Shown: positions 54,480 to 64,000 of the stretch, piece by piece
How positions within the stretch are numbered: the first letter of the stretch is position 1
How the letters are laid out: each line of letters starts with the position of its first letter
NCBI GenBank assembly: GCA_024275485.1
Contig: JAJRZA010000050.1
Coordinates: 18,033-82,032, forward strand
Length of the DNA: 64,000 nucleotides
Direction of reading: 5' to 3'
From: Candidatus Krumholzibacteriota bacterium
GTDB taxonomy: Bacteria > Krumholzibacteriota > Krumholzibacteriia > LZORAL124-64-63
The notes under the pieces: generated by a model
Database searches by the model: none
The model's input: only the letters and a program-made list of their open reading frames with translations
What the model was told of the DNA's origin: nothing
Program-made: the position numbers and the translations under genes

Positions 54480-55538
54480 TCATGCCTCCTGGGGCTCGAC
54501 CTTCAGTACAAATTTATCCAACAGCGACACCAACTCCGTGAACTGGGGTTTGGTGATGTAGGCATCAGCGCCCACGTCATCGCACTTGCGGGCAATTTGT
54601 TCGTTGATCAACGAGGAGAACATGATCACCGGCACATCCTTGATGTCCAGGGTTTCCTTCAGATTCCTGCAAAGGGCCAAACCATCCATTTGGGGCATCT
54701 CGATGTCACTTATCAGGCCGCCAAAGTATTCGCTGACCGGTTTGCCTTCATTCTTGGATTTTTGCTTGATGGCCTCAATGGCCTTAAAACAATCCAACCC
54801 ATTGGGAAAAGTTTTGACATTGGTGTACTTGGCTTTTGCCAACTCCTGGCAAACCTTTTCACTGATGACGACGGAATCTTCCGCCAGAAAAATCTGGACC
54901 GCTGCCCGTTCGGCAGAGATGGGTCCTACTTCACCGCTGACATTGAACATATTCTGGCCTTTGGGCAGAATCTCAGAGACAATTTTCTCCATGTCTACAA
55001 TGAGGATTTCTCGTTCTTCTATTTGCATCGAACCGGTGAACTTGCTCTCGGTGGAAGCCAGGAAGGGACTCAATGGACTGATGGCTCCCCAGGATACCCG
55101 GTGAATGCGATTGACCCCGTCCACCAGGAAAGCCGTTTTCATGGAGTTGAATTCCATGACCAGGGTCAACTTGTTTCCGGTGGGGTCGGATTGTCCTGCC
55201 GTGGCATTGACCAGGGACTTGCTGGATTCAACCATCTCCGGAGCGATAACCGACTCCACAGCCTCGGTGACATCCTCACTGTCTTCAGTGTCAGTCACGG
55301 CAAGGTCGCTGGACATTTCGAGTGAGAGATCCACAAGGGTTATGCAACTCTCCCTGAACAAGAGAGTCCCCACCACCGATGGGTGGGATAGTTGGATTTG
55401 AGTGACCCGTTCCGGATCAAACTGCTCAATAGCCTGAATTTTCAGGACATTGATGCCGAATGGCTGCCCGTTCACCACGAATTCCAGGATCTCAACTTCG
55501 TTGGTGCCCGATTCCAAAAGAATTCCATTGTTGGCCAT
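54480..55538 (-). CDS. cheV: Chemotaxis protein CheV (CheW plus receiver domain)
   Basis: ILLESGTNEVEILEF..FGINVLK; receiver AEDS, ISDIEMPQMDG, FSSL and TKP. Confidence 0.92.
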   Translation of the reverse strand: MANNGILLESGTNEVEILEFVVNGQPFGINVLKIQAIEQFDPERVTQIQLSHPSVVGTLLFRESCITLVDLSLEMSSDLAVTDTEDSEDVTEAVESVIAPEMVESSKSLVNATAGQSDPTGNKLTLVMEFNSMKTAFLVDGVNRIHRVSWGAISPLSPFLASTESKFTGSMQIEEREILIVDMEKIVSEILPKGQNMFNVSGEVGPISAERAAVQIFLAEDSVVISEKVCQELAKAKYTNVKTFPNGLDCFKAIEAIKQKSKNEGKPVSEYFGGLISDIEMPQMDGLALCRNLKETLDIKDVPVIMFSSLINEQIARKCDDVGADAYITKPQFTELVSLLDKFVLKVEPQEA

Positions 55539-55558
55539 GTTTCCACCTTCTTGAATTT

Positions 55559-55900
55559 CTAGTTGACCAGATTCATTCGATACATGACGTCTTCCAGAAG
55601 GAATCCGTCATTACCGGTCAGATTTTGGAATTTGAACCCGGTCTGATAATAACTGGGGTTGGTATCCTGTTCGCACCAAACCGCTTCAGCCTGCACTGAA
55701 ATATCATTTTTCCCATATGACTTGGGTGGCAGAACGATGCGGAGATTGAAGACGCGGCCTGGTTCCAGGTGGACGTTACCCACCATCATTAAGCCATCGG
55801 CGGTAATATCCACTACTCGACCGATGACCTGGTTGGACTCGGCGTCAAACACTTTGACCGGGTGCGGTGTGTTTTTGCGAGGTCTGTTTCGCTGTTTCAA
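55559..55900 (-). CDS. Stand-alone PilZ domain protein
   Basis: QRNRPR (RxxxR) and DITADG (DxxxxG) c-di-GMP motifs. Confidence 0.85.
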   Translation of the reverse strand: MKQRNRPRKNTPHPVKVFDAESNQVIGRVVDITADGLMMVGNVHLEPGRVFNLRIVLPPKSYGKNDISVQAEAVWCEQDTNPSYYQTGFKFQNLTGNDGFLLEDVMYRMNLVN

Positions 55901-56116
55901 TGGACTAGTCCTTTCTAGAGTGCTCTTTCCTGATTTGTTTCGACACCTGCAGGGGATTCTTGAGCAGTGAATTAACAGTTTTCCTCCGGCGAACCTGTTG
56001 GGGGCAATTTGGGGAATTCAGGTCAAGCGAAGATGAGTCAGGTTGCCCCAAACCCCGGCGGGATGTATCATGGCTCCCAGAAAGTTGATGATATCTTCTC
56101 TGACTGGGGAGTTGGC

Positions 56117-57373
56117 ATGGCCGATAGGTTTGACATCAACGTGGGGTCTGAAATTGGACGGTTGACCGGAGTATTGCTGCACGACCCTGGCCCGGAAGTG
56201 GCCAACATGACTCCCGAGATGGCTGAACGGGCTCTATACAGCGACATCCTGAACCTTTCCGTGGCTCGAGAAGAGTACCGGCAATTGCGGGAAATTCTTT
56301 CTCGGCGGGCGAGGACTTTTCAGGTTGGAGAACTGTTGACCGAAATCCTGGGCAACAGCCGGGTCCGTGGTGGTCTGGTTCGGCGTATCTGCGAAGCTGA
56401 AGGGGTGGGGGATATTGCCAAGGATCTGGTGGACCTGCCCAGTGATGATTTGGCCAAGTTGCTCATCGAAGGGGTTCCCCTGGTCAAGGATAATCTCTCG
56501 CGTTTTCTCAGCCGCGATCGATATTCCCTGCCGCCCTTGCACAATTTCTTTTTTACCCGCGATTCGGCAGTGGTCATCAGGGACAAGGTTCTGATTTCCC
56601 GCATGGCCAACCGGGTCAGGGGCCGCGAAACCCGCATCGTTGAAGCCATCTTCGACTATCACCCCACTTTCAACGCCCGCACAGTAAATCCGGCTCGACT
56701 GGGAGCCGCCGGAACCGAGGTGACCATCGAGGGTGGCGATATCCTGGTGGCCTCTCCCGAAATTCTCATCATCGGTATTGGAGCCCGCACGACAGCCAAG
56801 GCAGTTGATTTTTTAATTGAGCGCATCAAGGAGCAGGGTTACAAACAGCACCTTCTGGTGCAGGAATTGCCCAACACTCCGGAATCTTTCATCCACCTGG
56901 ACATGGTCTTCACTTTCCTGGATGAGGGCTGTTGCATGGTTTTTGAGCCAGTTATTTTGCAGACTCATCGTTTCGACACGGTGCATGTGGAAGTCAACAA
57001 TGGCCAGGTGATTTCCATCTCCGAAGAGGACAACCTGCTTTCAGCCCTGGGCAAGTTGGGTATGGATATGGAGGCGGTAGTTTGTGGTGGCAGCCAGGAT
57101 CAATGGGTTCAGGAGCGGGAACAATGGCACAGCGGTGCCAATTTCTTTGCCTTGGGACCCGGGCAGGTCATCGGTTACGGACGAAACCAGAACACAATTG
57201 AAGAGCTCAACACCGCAGGATTTGAAATCATTGGTGCCAATGAACTGCTGAAGGGCGGAAAGAATCTGGATGAAATGGGCCGCTGCGTGGTGACCATTGA
57301 TGGTTCAGAGCTGGCCCGGGGCGGGGGTGGCTGTCGCTGCATGACGATGCCTTTGGGCAGAGAAGAAGTCTAG
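56117..57373 (+). CDS. arcA: Arginine deiminase
   Basis: SEIGRL, FFTRD, IEGGD, HLD, EQW and SELARGGGGCRCMTMP motifs. Confidence 0.93.
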   Translation: MADRFDINVGSEIGRLTGVLLHDPGPEVANMTPEMAERALYSDILNLSVAREEYRQLREILSRRARTFQVGELLTEILGNSRVRGGLVRRICEAEGVGDIAKDLVDLPSDDLAKLLIEGVPLVKDNLSRFLSRDRYSLPPLHNFFFTRDSAVVIRDKVLISRMANRVRGRETRIVEAIFDYHPTFNARTVNPARLGAAGTEVTIEGGDILVASPEILIIGIGARTTAKAVDFLIERIKEQGYKQHLLVQELPNTPESFIHLDMVFTFLDEGCCMVFEPVILQTHRFDTVHVEVNNGQVISISEEDNLLSALGKLGMDMEAVVCGGSQDQWVQEREQWHSGANFFALGPGQVIGYGRNQNTIEELNTAGFEIIGANELLKGGKNLDEMGRCVVTIDGSELARGGGGCRCMTMPLGREEV

Positions 57374-57402
57374 TTTTTTTGGGCGGGTTTTTCCGGCAAT
57401 AA

Positions 57403-60400
57403 TCAGGATCGGACCGACGGTTTCAACAGCCAGGTCTGACGCTGACGCAGAATGGCCCCTTCCAGTTTGTCCGTCTTAACGGGTTTGGCCACGTAATCGT
57501 CCATGCCGGATTCCAGGCAGTGCCCACGATCCCCTTCCATGGCGTTGGCTGTCATGGCGATGATGGGGATATGGCCAGTTTCCCCTTCCAATTGACGGAT
57601 TTTGGCAGTGGCCTCATAGCCATCCATGACCGGCATCATGCAATCCATGATAATCAGGTCGTAATTACCTTCCATATAGGCTTTGACCGCCTCGGCGCCG
57701 TCGTTGACGCTGTCGGCGGTGAAGCCCATTTTTCTCAACAGGCCGAAAGCGACCTTGCGGTTGATGAGGTTGTCATCCACCAGGAGAATCTTCAAATTCC
57801 GGCGCCACTGGTCTTCATTGACCTCGTTGACGACGATATGGTCGGGGTGGGCATTGATGGATGAACCTTCCCAACCAAAGATATCGCAGATGGTGCCATG
57901 GACCGATCGAAAGCGGGCCGGGCAGGTCAGGATTCTAAATTCCTTTTCACTGCCATCGGGGATGGAGGTCAGATCAGGCGCCAACAGGACAATATTGGAC
58001 TTTGAGATGCCCGCCAACCGGGCTAACCGGTCCGCGTTCTGCAATCCGGAGCCTTCCGGCAAATCCAGAGCCAGAAAGACCAAATCGACACCGGGATTAT
58101 CCTGGATGAATCTTTCTGCCTGGCTCAAGTCGGCGGCCGAATGAACGGTCAATTCCACGCGTTGCAAATAGTGCTCGAAACTATCGGACGTTTCCTGGAG
58201 ATGATGGACAATCAGGGCGTTCTTGGCGGCCATATTTTTGAAAAGCCTGTCCCAACCATTTGTCTGGTGTATTTTTTCAATCTCATCTTTATCCGGCTCG
58301 GGCATTTCGGTTGTAAACCAAAACGTTGAACCTTTGCCGAGGGTGCTGAAGGCGTCAATTTTCCCATTCATCAGTTCAACCAGTTTTCGAGAAATACTCA
58401 GGCCCAGACCGGTGCCACCATATTTTCGGGTGGTTGATCCATCCGATTGTGAGAACGGTTCAAACAGTTCCGCGATTTTTTTCTTGGCCACGCCAATTCC
58501 AGTATCGGACACGGAAAATTTCAGGGACTGAATATCGGGTTCGCTGGACTCCATGGCCACCCTGATGGTCACATTTCCTTGATCAGTAAACTTCAGGGCA
58601 TTGTCGGCGAGGTTGATGAGCACCTGCCTGATGCGGGTGGGGTCGCCAAAGGTTACCATGGGAACGTCGGGGTTCACGCTACCGCATAGTTTGAGATTTT
58701 TTTCCTTGGCCTTGACTCCCAACATATCCAGGACTTCATCAACCACCTGGCGTGGCTGGAATGGTATGAGCTCCAGTTCCAGTTTTCCCGCTTCAATCTT
58801 GCTGTAGTCCAGAATATCATTCAAAAGCCCCAGCAGGGATTCGGCTGAAGATGAGACAATGTTCGCATATTCCCGCTGCAGTTGTCCCAATTCAGTGGTC
58901 AACAACAGGTCGGTCATACCGATGATGCCATTCATCGGAGTGCGGATTTCATGGCTCATGGTGGCCAAAAATTCACTTTTGGCGGCATTGGCTGCTTCGG
59001 CGGCCAAGGCCATTTCGTTGGCATGGGCGGCTACTCTCTCCAACTGGATGTTGGCCTGATCGGATTCTTCCTTGGCCAGAAGCATCTTCTCCCGAATGTC
59101 CACTTCTTCTGTGATGTTCTTCACTGAACCGCGATAGCCCAAAAATGCACCATTTTCAACCACGGGCACACCGTTGGCTTGAACGGGGACCAGTTCTCCT
59201 TGGGAGTCCATGATCCAGTACTCCTCGTTGACCATGGGTTCCTGGAAGCGGGCCAACTTCAACATCATGCGTTTGAGGCGGGTTTTTTCTTCAGGTATCA
59301 CCAAGTCCAGGAAACTGGTTCCGATCAATTGCTCGGGTTCCTGGCTGAGCATGGACTGGGTATTTCCGGAAATGAAGGTGAACACTCCTGTTTGATTGGT
59401 CTCCCAGACCCAGTCGCCGGCGGCTCTGGCCATGTCTGAAAACCGTGTATGGGATGCCTGGAGATCCTGAGCCGCTTTTCTTTCCCGTTGATGAATATGG
59501 GTAATGGAGCGGGCGATCAAGTGAGTCATGGCGAGGAAAAGTCCGGCCACCACCAGACCCAAAACCAGGGCACCAGCACTGAGTTGAGCGGCCTTTTCAT
59601 GCAGGCTCCAGTATTGATGTCGGGCGTTTTTACCAAGGGCAATTTTCATTTCCTGCTGGAAGCGTCCAATATGAGCCGAGCCGGACTCAAGTTTCGGCGA
59701 CAACTCGGACATTTTCTCACGGGTCCGATGAAAGGCCATCCGGTATTGGGCATATCCTTGGTTGCGCGGAGGCACTTCCTGCCCCATCAGTCTTGTTTTT
59801 AGAAACTGATAGTGGGTAAAAATGGAGTCTATTTTTTTCAGGTGTCCTGGATTTGACAAAAGCTCCATTCGATAAGCCGTCAATCGGGTTTCAAGGTTGT
59901 CCAGGGCGGGAATCAATTCTTGTTCATGAATGATGCGGCATTGGGTCATGGTCTTGGCATTGGCCATTTTGTGCAGCAGTTGCTGGCACTCGTTGGCCGA
60001 CTGCAGGGCTTCTCGGGTATGGTTGGAAACAAGAATGGAGAATTGATCCAAGAGCAAGAGGGGCACCAATTCCTTTTGATCCCAATGATTTCCTTGGCCC
60101 TGGGGTTTCCTCAGTCGACGCTTTTGTTGGGCAATTCCCAACAGTATTTCTTCGTGAAGATTGTTGATTGAGGAGGTGAATTCGGCCTGGTTGGGAACCA
60201 ACTCATCATACAACACCTGCGAGGCATGTGCTGCAACCAGCTTTTCCGCTCTGAGGTCCAGAGTTGTGCTGCACAGGCCTTCCCAAAGTATGACGGCAGC
60301 GGTGAGGTTCTCGAATTCTTCTTTCAGGTCGTAAGCTTCGGCGATCCTTGCAGAAGCTTTCATCAGGGTGGTCATTTCCTGGTCCAGCGTCATCAGGGCA

Positions 60401-60693
60401 TTTAAGTTGTTGGAGGCATCTTCGTTGTTCCAGTTGTTTCTTGCCAGGGCCTGAAGAATAAAACGGCGTTGGGTAAGGTGTTGAAAAAAACTGGTTTGTA
60501 GTTCCTGGCTATTAAAGAGGTCGTCGGTCAGGGTTTGCAGTTCCTTGTTAAGGCGCTTCTCCTGGACCAGGTATAGTCCTCCCGTGACGCCCCCGAAAAC
60601 AAGGACGGTCAGGATAAGAAACCAGACCCGGGTTTCAATGGTGTTCAGTCGTTTCAGAAAATTTGAAGGCAAAACTCTTCCTTTTCCAACCAT
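57403..60693 (-). CDS. Hybrid sensor histidine kinase (2 TM, PAS, HisKA, HATPase, pseudo-REC, REC)
   Basis: [29 protein letters not shown] and AKP motifs. Confidence 0.95.
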   Translation of the reverse strand: MVGKGRVLPSNFLKRLNTIETRVWFLILTVLVFGGVTGGLYLVQEKRLNKELQTLTDDLFNSQELQTSFFQHLTQRRFILQALARNNWNNEDASNNLNALMTLDQEMTTLMKASARIAEAYDLKEEFENLTAAVILWEGLCSTTLDLRAEKLVAAHASQVLYDELVPNQAEFTSSINNLHEEILLGIAQQKRRLRKPQGQGNHWDQKELVPLLLLDQFSILVSNHTREALQSANECQQLLHKMANAKTMTQCRIIHEQELIPALDNLETRLTAYRMELLSNPGHLKKIDSIFTHYQFLKTRLMGQEVPPRNQGYAQYRMAFHRTREKMSELSPKLESGSAHIGRFQQEMKIALGKNARHQYWSLHEKAAQLSAGALVLGLVVAGLFLAMTHLIARSITHIHQRERKAAQDLQASHTRFSDMARAAGDWVWETNQTGVFTFISGNTQSMLSQEPEQLIGTSFLDLVIPEEKTRLKRMMLKLARFQEPMVNEEYWIMDSQGELVPVQANGVPVVENGAFLGYRGSVKNITEEVDIREKMLLAKEESDQANIQLERVAAHANEMALAAEAANAAKSEFLATMSHEIRTPMNGIIGMTDLLLTTELGQLQREYANIVSSSAESLLGLLNDILDYSKIEAGKLELELIPFQPRQVVDEVLDMLGVKAKEKNLKLCGSVNPDVPMVTFGDPTRIRQVLINLADNALKFTDQGNVTIRVAMESSEPDIQSLKFSVSDTGIGVAKKKIAELFEPFSQSDGSTTRKYGGTGLGLSISRKLVELMNGKIDAFSTLGKGSTFWFTTEMPEPDKDEIEKIHQTNGWDRLFKNMAAKNALIVHHLQETSDSFEHYLQRVELTVHSAADLSQAERFIQDNPGVDLVFLALDLPEGSGLQNADRLARLAGISKSNIVLLAPDLTSIPDGSEKEFRILTCPARFRSVHGTICDIFGWEGSSINAHPDHIVVNEVNEDQWRRNLKILLVDDNLINRKVAFGLLRKMGFTADSVNDGAEAVKAYMEGNYDLIIMDCMMPVMDGYEATAKIRQLEGETGHIPIIAMTANAMEGDRGHCLESGMDDYVAKPVKTDKLEGAILRQRQTWLLKPSVRS

Positions 60694-60826
60694 AGGTTGT
60701 GAAAACGGCTTTTCATGGGCTGCTTGTTTGAATCGGTGGCAGATCGCCCGGGTTGAGTTATTTTAAGTGCCCAACGGGTCCTATATTGACAAATGTCCCA
60801 ACTAAATAATCCCTAGGAGACTGCAC

Positions 60827-61798
60827 ATGAGTTCTGCCCTGCGTGCATTTATGAACGGGCTGGTGGATTTTGCGGGCCTGTTTCCGCCGGCGATTCTGAG
60901 CATGGAGACTGCGGTCAATCAATACGCCGGATTTCGGGGTGAGCCAGAGGCTTGGATGCTGGGTCGATTCATCGTGCCTGCGGATCGGTTGCCCGAGTTC
61001 GCTGTCTGTGCGGAAAACCACCTGGCCACCGGCGACCCATGGGGAGTATCGGCCCTGTTGGGAGACCGTGAAGACGCCTCCAATTCGATTGCGATTCTGC
61101 CAATCCAGTGCCGGGCCATTGTTAATTTGGAGACCGAGCTGGCCGGACTGGCTGCGGTGGAGGTCCTGGAGGTTCCCTTGCCCGGCAATTCGTCGCCGGA
61201 GGGTCTTTCGTCTTTTCTCAATGCCTATCTCGATGGCCTGATGCGAGCCGGGGTTCAGGGGCGGGACCTGTTTTGGGAGTTGCCCCCATCCGTCCCCGAA
61301 AAATTGGAATTGCCTCTTTTGAAGGTGGTGTCTGATCTGGGCGACTCTCGTTCCGAATCGAGTCGGGCCACTTTGCGCCTGGGGGCCAAGCTACGCTGCG
61401 GTGGTGTGATCCCTGAGGCCTTTCCTTCGGTGGAACAGGTGGCCCGGGTGGTGGCCCACTGCAGGGATCTGGGCCTGCCTTTGAAATGCACAGCCGGTTT
61501 GCATCATCCGATTCGGCATCAGGCCAAGGAGCCACTGGTGATGATGCACGGGTTCCTGAATGTCTTCGGGGCAGGATTGCTGGCCCATGCCCATGGTTGG
61601 GACGCCGGTCAATTGGCCAGGGTGATCGCCGACACCGAAGCACGGTCTTTCCAATTTGATGCTGGCGAATTCCGCTGGCGCGATCATACTGTTCAGGCCG
61701 ATACCGTGCGCACTCTGCGCAGCCAATATCTCTGCGGCTTTGGCAGCTGCTCATTTTCTGAACCCCGGGATGATCTGCAAAATCTCGGCTTGCTCTGA
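60827..61798 (+). CDS. Conserved-looking hypothetical protein upstream of fahA
   Basis: RBS AGGAG; motifs GLVDFAGLFPPA, KLRCGG, KCTAGLHHP, HGFLN and FGSCSF.EP. Confidence 0.75.
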   Translation: MSSALRAFMNGLVDFAGLFPPAILSMETAVNQYAGFRGEPEAWMLGRFIVPADRLPEFAVCAENHLATGDPWGVSALLGDREDASNSIAILPIQCRAIVNLETELAGLAAVEVLEVPLPGNSSPEGLSSFLNAYLDGLMRAGVQGRDLFWELPPSVPEKLELPLLKVVSDLGDSRSESSRATLRLGAKLRCGGVIPEAFPSVEQVARVVAHCRDLGLPLKCTAGLHHPIRHQAKEPLVMMHGFLNVFGAGLLAHAHGWDAGQLARVIADTEARSFQFDAGEFRWRDHTVQADTVRTLRSQYLCGFGSCSFSEPRDDLQNLGLL

Positions 61799-61819
61799 TG
61801 CCCGAAAGGATTTAGTCAC

Positions 61820-63106
61820 ATGGATCCCACCTCTGATCCCTCACTGAAATCGTTTGTTCCCGTGGAAGAGGATTCCCACTTCCCCATCCAGAATCTGCCT
61901 TATGGGATTTTTTCTCCCACACCCCGGGAAGATTCTCGGGTGGGAGTGCGCATTGGCGATCAGGTGTTGGACCTGGCAGTGATCCAGGATTGTGGGTTGT
62001 TGGACAGTGCCAACCTGCCTGCCGATATCCTCAGCTATCCGGTTTTGAATCCTTTTATGGAATTGCCCAAAAAGCAACGGCGGGCGGTGCGATTACTTGT
62101 CAGCGGCTTGTTGCGCGAGGGTGAACCCACTCTTCGTGACGATGAAAACCTGCGCAGACGGGCCCTGGTGCCGGCCGATTCGGTGACCATGCATCTGCCG
62201 GTGGCCATCCGGGATTACACTGATTTTTACTCTTCCAAGGAACACGCCACCAATGTGGGCATCATGTTCCGGGGCAAGGACAACGCCCTGATGCCCAACT
62301 GGTTGCATTTGCCCGTGGGCTACCATGGCCGGGCCAGCAGCATCGGCATTTCCGGCGAAGATGTGGTTCGTCCCCATGGTCAGACCATTGCCCCGGATGC
62401 CAAGACCCCTTCTTTTGGGCCCAGTCGTTTGATGGATTTTGAATTGGAGATGGGATTCTTCGTGAGCTCGAACTCCTTTCAGGGTGATCCCATCGACGTG
62501 GATCAGGCTGCGGAGAACATCTTTGGCATGGTGCTGGTCAACGACTGGTCCGCACGGGATATCCAGAAGTGGGAATATCAGCCTCTTGGTCCTTTCAATG
62601 CCAAAAATTTTGCCACGCATATATCGCCCTGGGTTGTGACCATGGATGCTCTGGCGCCTTTCCGCAGCACAGCCCCGGTGCAGGAACCAGAGCCTCTACC
62701 CTACTTGCGGGAGAGTGATCGTCACACCTTTGATATCAACCTTGAAGTGCATATTCAGGCCGAAAACGACGAGGAGAGCCTGCGGGTTTGCTCCAGCAAT
62801 TTCAAGCATCTGTACTGGACCATGGCCCAGCAACTGGCTCACCACACCGTCACTGGTTGCAACATGAGCGGTGGTGACATGCTGGCCAGCGGCACCATCA
62901 GCGGACCGGACAAGGGCAGTTTCGGCAGCATGCTGGAGATCACCTGGCGTGGCACCGAACCGATTGTCCTGCCAGGTGGGGCAGAACGCAAATTCCTTGC
63001 TGACGGCGACACCGTGACCATGAGTGGCTGGTGTCAGGGAGACGGCTATCGGGTCGGATTTGGCGAGGTGAGCAACACCATCCTGCCTGCCAGGAATCTG
63101 CAATGA
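61820..63106 (+). CDS. fahA: Fumarylacetoacetase
   Basis: FPIQNLP, DYTDFY, YHGRASS, DFELE, NDWSARDIQ.WEY.PLGPF and SGTISG motifs. Confidence 0.96.
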   Translation: MDPTSDPSLKSFVPVEEDSHFPIQNLPYGIFSPTPREDSRVGVRIGDQVLDLAVIQDCGLLDSANLPADILSYPVLNPFMELPKKQRRAVRLLVSGLLREGEPTLRDDENLRRRALVPADSVTMHLPVAIRDYTDFYSSKEHATNVGIMFRGKDNALMPNWLHLPVGYHGRASSIGISGEDVVRPHGQTIAPDAKTPSFGPSRLMDFELEMGFFVSSNSFQGDPIDVDQAAENIFGMVLVNDWSARDIQKWEYQPLGPFNAKNFATHISPWVVTMDALAPFRSTAPVQEPEPLPYLRESDRHTFDINLEVHIQAENDEESLRVCSSNFKHLYWTMAQQLAHHTVTGCNMSGGDMLASGTISGPDKGSFGSMLEITWRGTEPIVLPGGAERKFLADGDTVTMSGWCQGDGYRVGFGEVSNTILPARNLQ

Positions 63107-64000
63107 CAGCTGGCGGCCAAGACATCCTCTGGCAACCATCGAAGGATCAGGTGGCTGCTGCCCGGGTGACCCGGTTCAGGGAGTTTGTCAACCAAATCCA
63201 TGGCCTGGATTTGACCGACTACGAAGGCTTGTACCAATGGTCTGTTGAAGAAGCCCCTGAATTCTGGCGCGCTCTTTGGGATTATTGCCAAGTGGTGGGT
63301 GATGGTCCGGGGGCAACAGTGGTGGAAGGTTTCCTACGCATGCCGGGGGCCCGTTGGTTCCCCGAGGCCCTGCTCAATTATGCTGAAAATCTTCTTCAGG
63401 GCCGAGACGCCGCCGAGGCCATCGTTTTTCTCAATGAACGAGGCGATTCCACCAGGCTGACATTTTCCCAACTGAGAGACCAGGTCGCTGCTTTTGCTTC
63501 GGCCTTGAGGTCCGATGGAGTTGGAAGCGGAGATCGAGTAGTTGGTTTTCTGCCCAATCTGCCCCAAACCGTTGTGGCCATGCTGGCCACCACCAGCTTG
63601 GGCGCCATTTGGTCCAGTTGTTCCCCGGATTTTGGCGTGGAAGGTGTGCTGGACCGGTTTAGTCAAATCGAACCCTCGGTTCTGGTATGTGCCGATGGCT
63701 ATTTCTATGGCGGCAAGCAACACAACAGCCTCGCGGTTGTGGAGCTGATCAGGGAGCGGTTGAAGACTCTGCGCCGAACGTTGGTTGTGAACTATCTCGG
63801 CCAGGGGAAAAATTCCGATTCATCTCTTGCCGAGGGGTTGACTTCTTTCACCGACTATCTGGCCCAGGGAGCGGGAGCGAAACTTGAATTCACGCGCCTG
63901 CCTTTCGACCATCCTCTTTTTATCATGTTCTCTTCCGGCACCACCGGCCTGCCCAAATGCATGGTTCATTCGGCTGGAGGCACACTACTTCAGCATTTGA
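63103..64000 (+). CDS. Acetoacetate--CoA ligase, 3'-truncated by the window edge
   Basis: ATGA overlap with fahA; MTAGGQDILWQPS..LYQWSV..EFW, LNYAEN, WSSCSPDFG and IMFSSGTTGLPKC. Not in the ORF track because there is no stop in the window. Confidence 0.92.
   Translation, partial: MTAGGQDILWQPSKDQVAAARVTRFREFVNQIHGLDLTDYEGLYQWSVEEAPEFWRALWDYCQVVGDGPGATVVEGFLRMPGARWFPEALLNYAENLLQGRDAAEAIVFLNERGDSTRLTFSQLRDQVAAFASALRSDGVGSGDRVVGFLPNLPQTVVAMLATTSLGAIWSSCSPDFGVEGVLDRFSQIEPSVLVCADGYFYGGKQHNSLAVVELIRERLKTLRRTLVVNYLGQGKNSDSSLAEGLTSFTDYLAQGAGAKLEFTRLPFDHPLFIMFSSGTTGLPKCMVHSAGGTLLQHL

Noticed and set aside
1-64000. Mobile elements, prophage, defence systems, tRNA/rRNA
   Set aside because: No transposase, integrase, phage, nuclease-defence or structural RNA signature was recognised by eye; a tRNAscan/Infernal run would be needed to exclude small RNAs.

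Overview
A gene-dense, moderately GC-rich bacterial chromosomal segment of about 56 CDS. I saw no rRNA, tRNA, IS or CRISPR array. T9SS/FlgD-like C-terminal domains, a PorV/PorP-like barrel, a GldA/F/G-type ABC operon and CheV suggest a Gram-negative FCB-group lineage outside Bacteroidota (inference only). Much of it is housekeeping: metG, tmk, nadE, rsgA, HU/IHF, trkAH, ltaE, a C-terminal protease, mrp, arcA, fahA and acetoacetate-CoA ligase. Five things stand out. (1) Two tandem small genes at 14717-15138 each carry an in-frame UGA followed by a SECIS-like hairpin with the same 21-nt spacing; these are candidate selenoproteins that the ORF track misses or truncates. (2) A spt-cerS-cerR-like sphingolipid operon is extended by an Aur1/IPC-synthase-like PAP2 gene. 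(3) A five-gene envelope operon (double lamin-tail secreted protein, PorV/PorP-like barrel, ComEA-HhH outer-membrane barrel, FadL-like barrel, 5'-nucleotidase) looks like an extracellular DNA/nucleotide scavenging system. (4) rsmI is frameshifted in a T-run. (5) A 14-bp tandem repeat array lies in the HU leader.
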